Below, one piece after another: positions 32,753 through 33,513 of a stretch of 33,513 nucleotides of DNA (positions are counted from its first letter, which is position 1; each line of letters opens with the position of its first letter). A program made the translations under genes and the position numbers. The DNA is taken from the IMG/VR virus record IMGVR_UViG_3300037423_002137, positions 1-33,513 of that record, one strand, 5' to 3'. The DNA is from a virus. Its lineage: Duplodnaviria > Caudoviricetes. The notes under the pieces are model-generated. The model saw nothing but the letters and a program-made list of their open reading frames with translations, made no database searches and was not told the origin of the DNA.

Positions 32753-33513
32753 ATGGCCGACAACGAGGAAGTTTTCACCGAAAAACGGATCAAAGACGCC
32801 GGCGCCGCTCGCGCCCTTTTCAATAAGTGGCGTTCGAACTCCGACCCCCGTCGGCGCATTTGGGCCAAGGTTCAAGGCCAGCTCGACGGCGCGACGCCGT
32901 TCATTCAGGACAAGCTCGTCGAGAGCGGCCAAGGTTGGCGGTGCAACGTCAATTTCCGCGACGCCTCGAGCACGCTCGAGCAGGTCCTCATTGGTTATTG
33001 GCGTCTGCTTCATGACACCACGAATCTTGCGCAGGTCACGATTCACGAAGACGACCCGAACGCGCAGAAGTGGGAGCAGGTTTTCCAAGAGCAGTTCAAC
33101 CGTTTCGTCGACGACTGGGGCGCTGATTACGTCCGCAATTACCTCCTCTTCTCGCAAAACCACGTGGCGGCCGGCGTCGGCGTCGTCATGTATAACGATG
33201 CGGACAGCCCCCGTTGGGAAACTGTCCGTCTCGGAGACATCGAAGTCGAGGAACGCGCAAAAGCCTCCGTCGAGAAACTCGAGATGCTTTGCGTCCGACA
33301 GGAAATGTCAGTGTCCGACCTTTGGAAGCTGATTCGCACGCCGCAGAGTGCGGAAGCCGCTGCATCGGCCGGATGGAATGTCTCAATGCTCCGCGAGACT
33401 CTCGCTCGCCATGTGAAGAGTGGACACAGCGGCCCGCTGCCGCAATCGGACATCATCGAACTCGTCGAGCGCGTTCGAAACAACTCCCTCGGCATCTCGA
33501 GCGAGTTCGGGCC
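32753..33513 (+). CDS. Probable portal protein (5' part; runs off the window)
   Basis: Own translation: MADNEEVFTEKRIKDAGAARALFNKWRSNSDPRRRIWAKVQGQLDGATPF...CNVNFRDA. Helical N-terminus, located just after TerL. Not in the ORF track. Confidence 0.7.
   Translation, partial: MADNEEVFTEKRIKDAGAARALFNKWRSNSDPRRRIWAKVQGQLDGATPFIQDKLVESGQGWRCNVNFRDASSTLEQVLIGYWRLLHDTTNLAQVTIHEDDPNAQKWEQVFQEQFNRFVDDWGADYVRNYLLFSQNHVAAGVGVVMYNDADSPRWETVRLGDIEVEERAKASVEKLEMLCVRQEMSVSDLWKLIRTPQSAEAAASAGWNVSMLRETLARHVKSGHSGPLPQSDIIELVERVRNNSLGISSEFG

Larger units (their letters stand above)
1..33513. mobile_element. Temperate tailed phage / prophage (partial; both ends of the window are inside the element)
   Basis: Integrase, Xis, PolA, primase-helicase, TerS, TerL, portal and tail-fibre-like genes are arranged in two divergent arms with many ATGA/GTGA stop-start overlaps. 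No host housekeeping genes are seen. Confidence 0.95.

Overview
The whole window is part of a temperate, GC-rich tailed phage (prophage or excised form). No host genes or clear att boundary are visible. The host is possibly Verrucomicrobiota, which is a weak inference from the pyrimidine-rich leaders lacking Shine-Dalgarno sequences. From 19.8 kb leftward the minus strand carries an early/replication arm: small accessory genes, a RuvC-like resolvase, an SF2 helicase, a DUF2800-type exonuclease, a putative SSB, PolA, a PD-(D/E)XK nuclease, a C5 DNA methyltransferase, a dNMP kinase, a primase-helicase, Xis, a tyrosine integrase, a lipoprotein and a DUF932 protein. A divergent pair of ribbon-helix-helix regulators and an iteron-rich putative origin sit at about 19.4-21.0 kb. 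The plus-strand late arm has TerS, a block of tail-fibre/receptor-binding genes, TerL and the start of the portal. The most notable observations are: (1) a roughly 560-nt structured non-coding region built around a tRNA-like RNA that has no anticodon loop and carries two extra hairpins; (2) a methyltransferase split between two almost fully overlapping reading frames that start in one ATGTG; (3) three separate recurring cis-motifs (a 12-nt start-associated box, a bipartite middle-promoter-like motif and a 23-nt late motif); (4) a repressor-position RHH protein fused to a restriction-nuclease-like domain. All family calls are by-eye motif recognition, not database searches.
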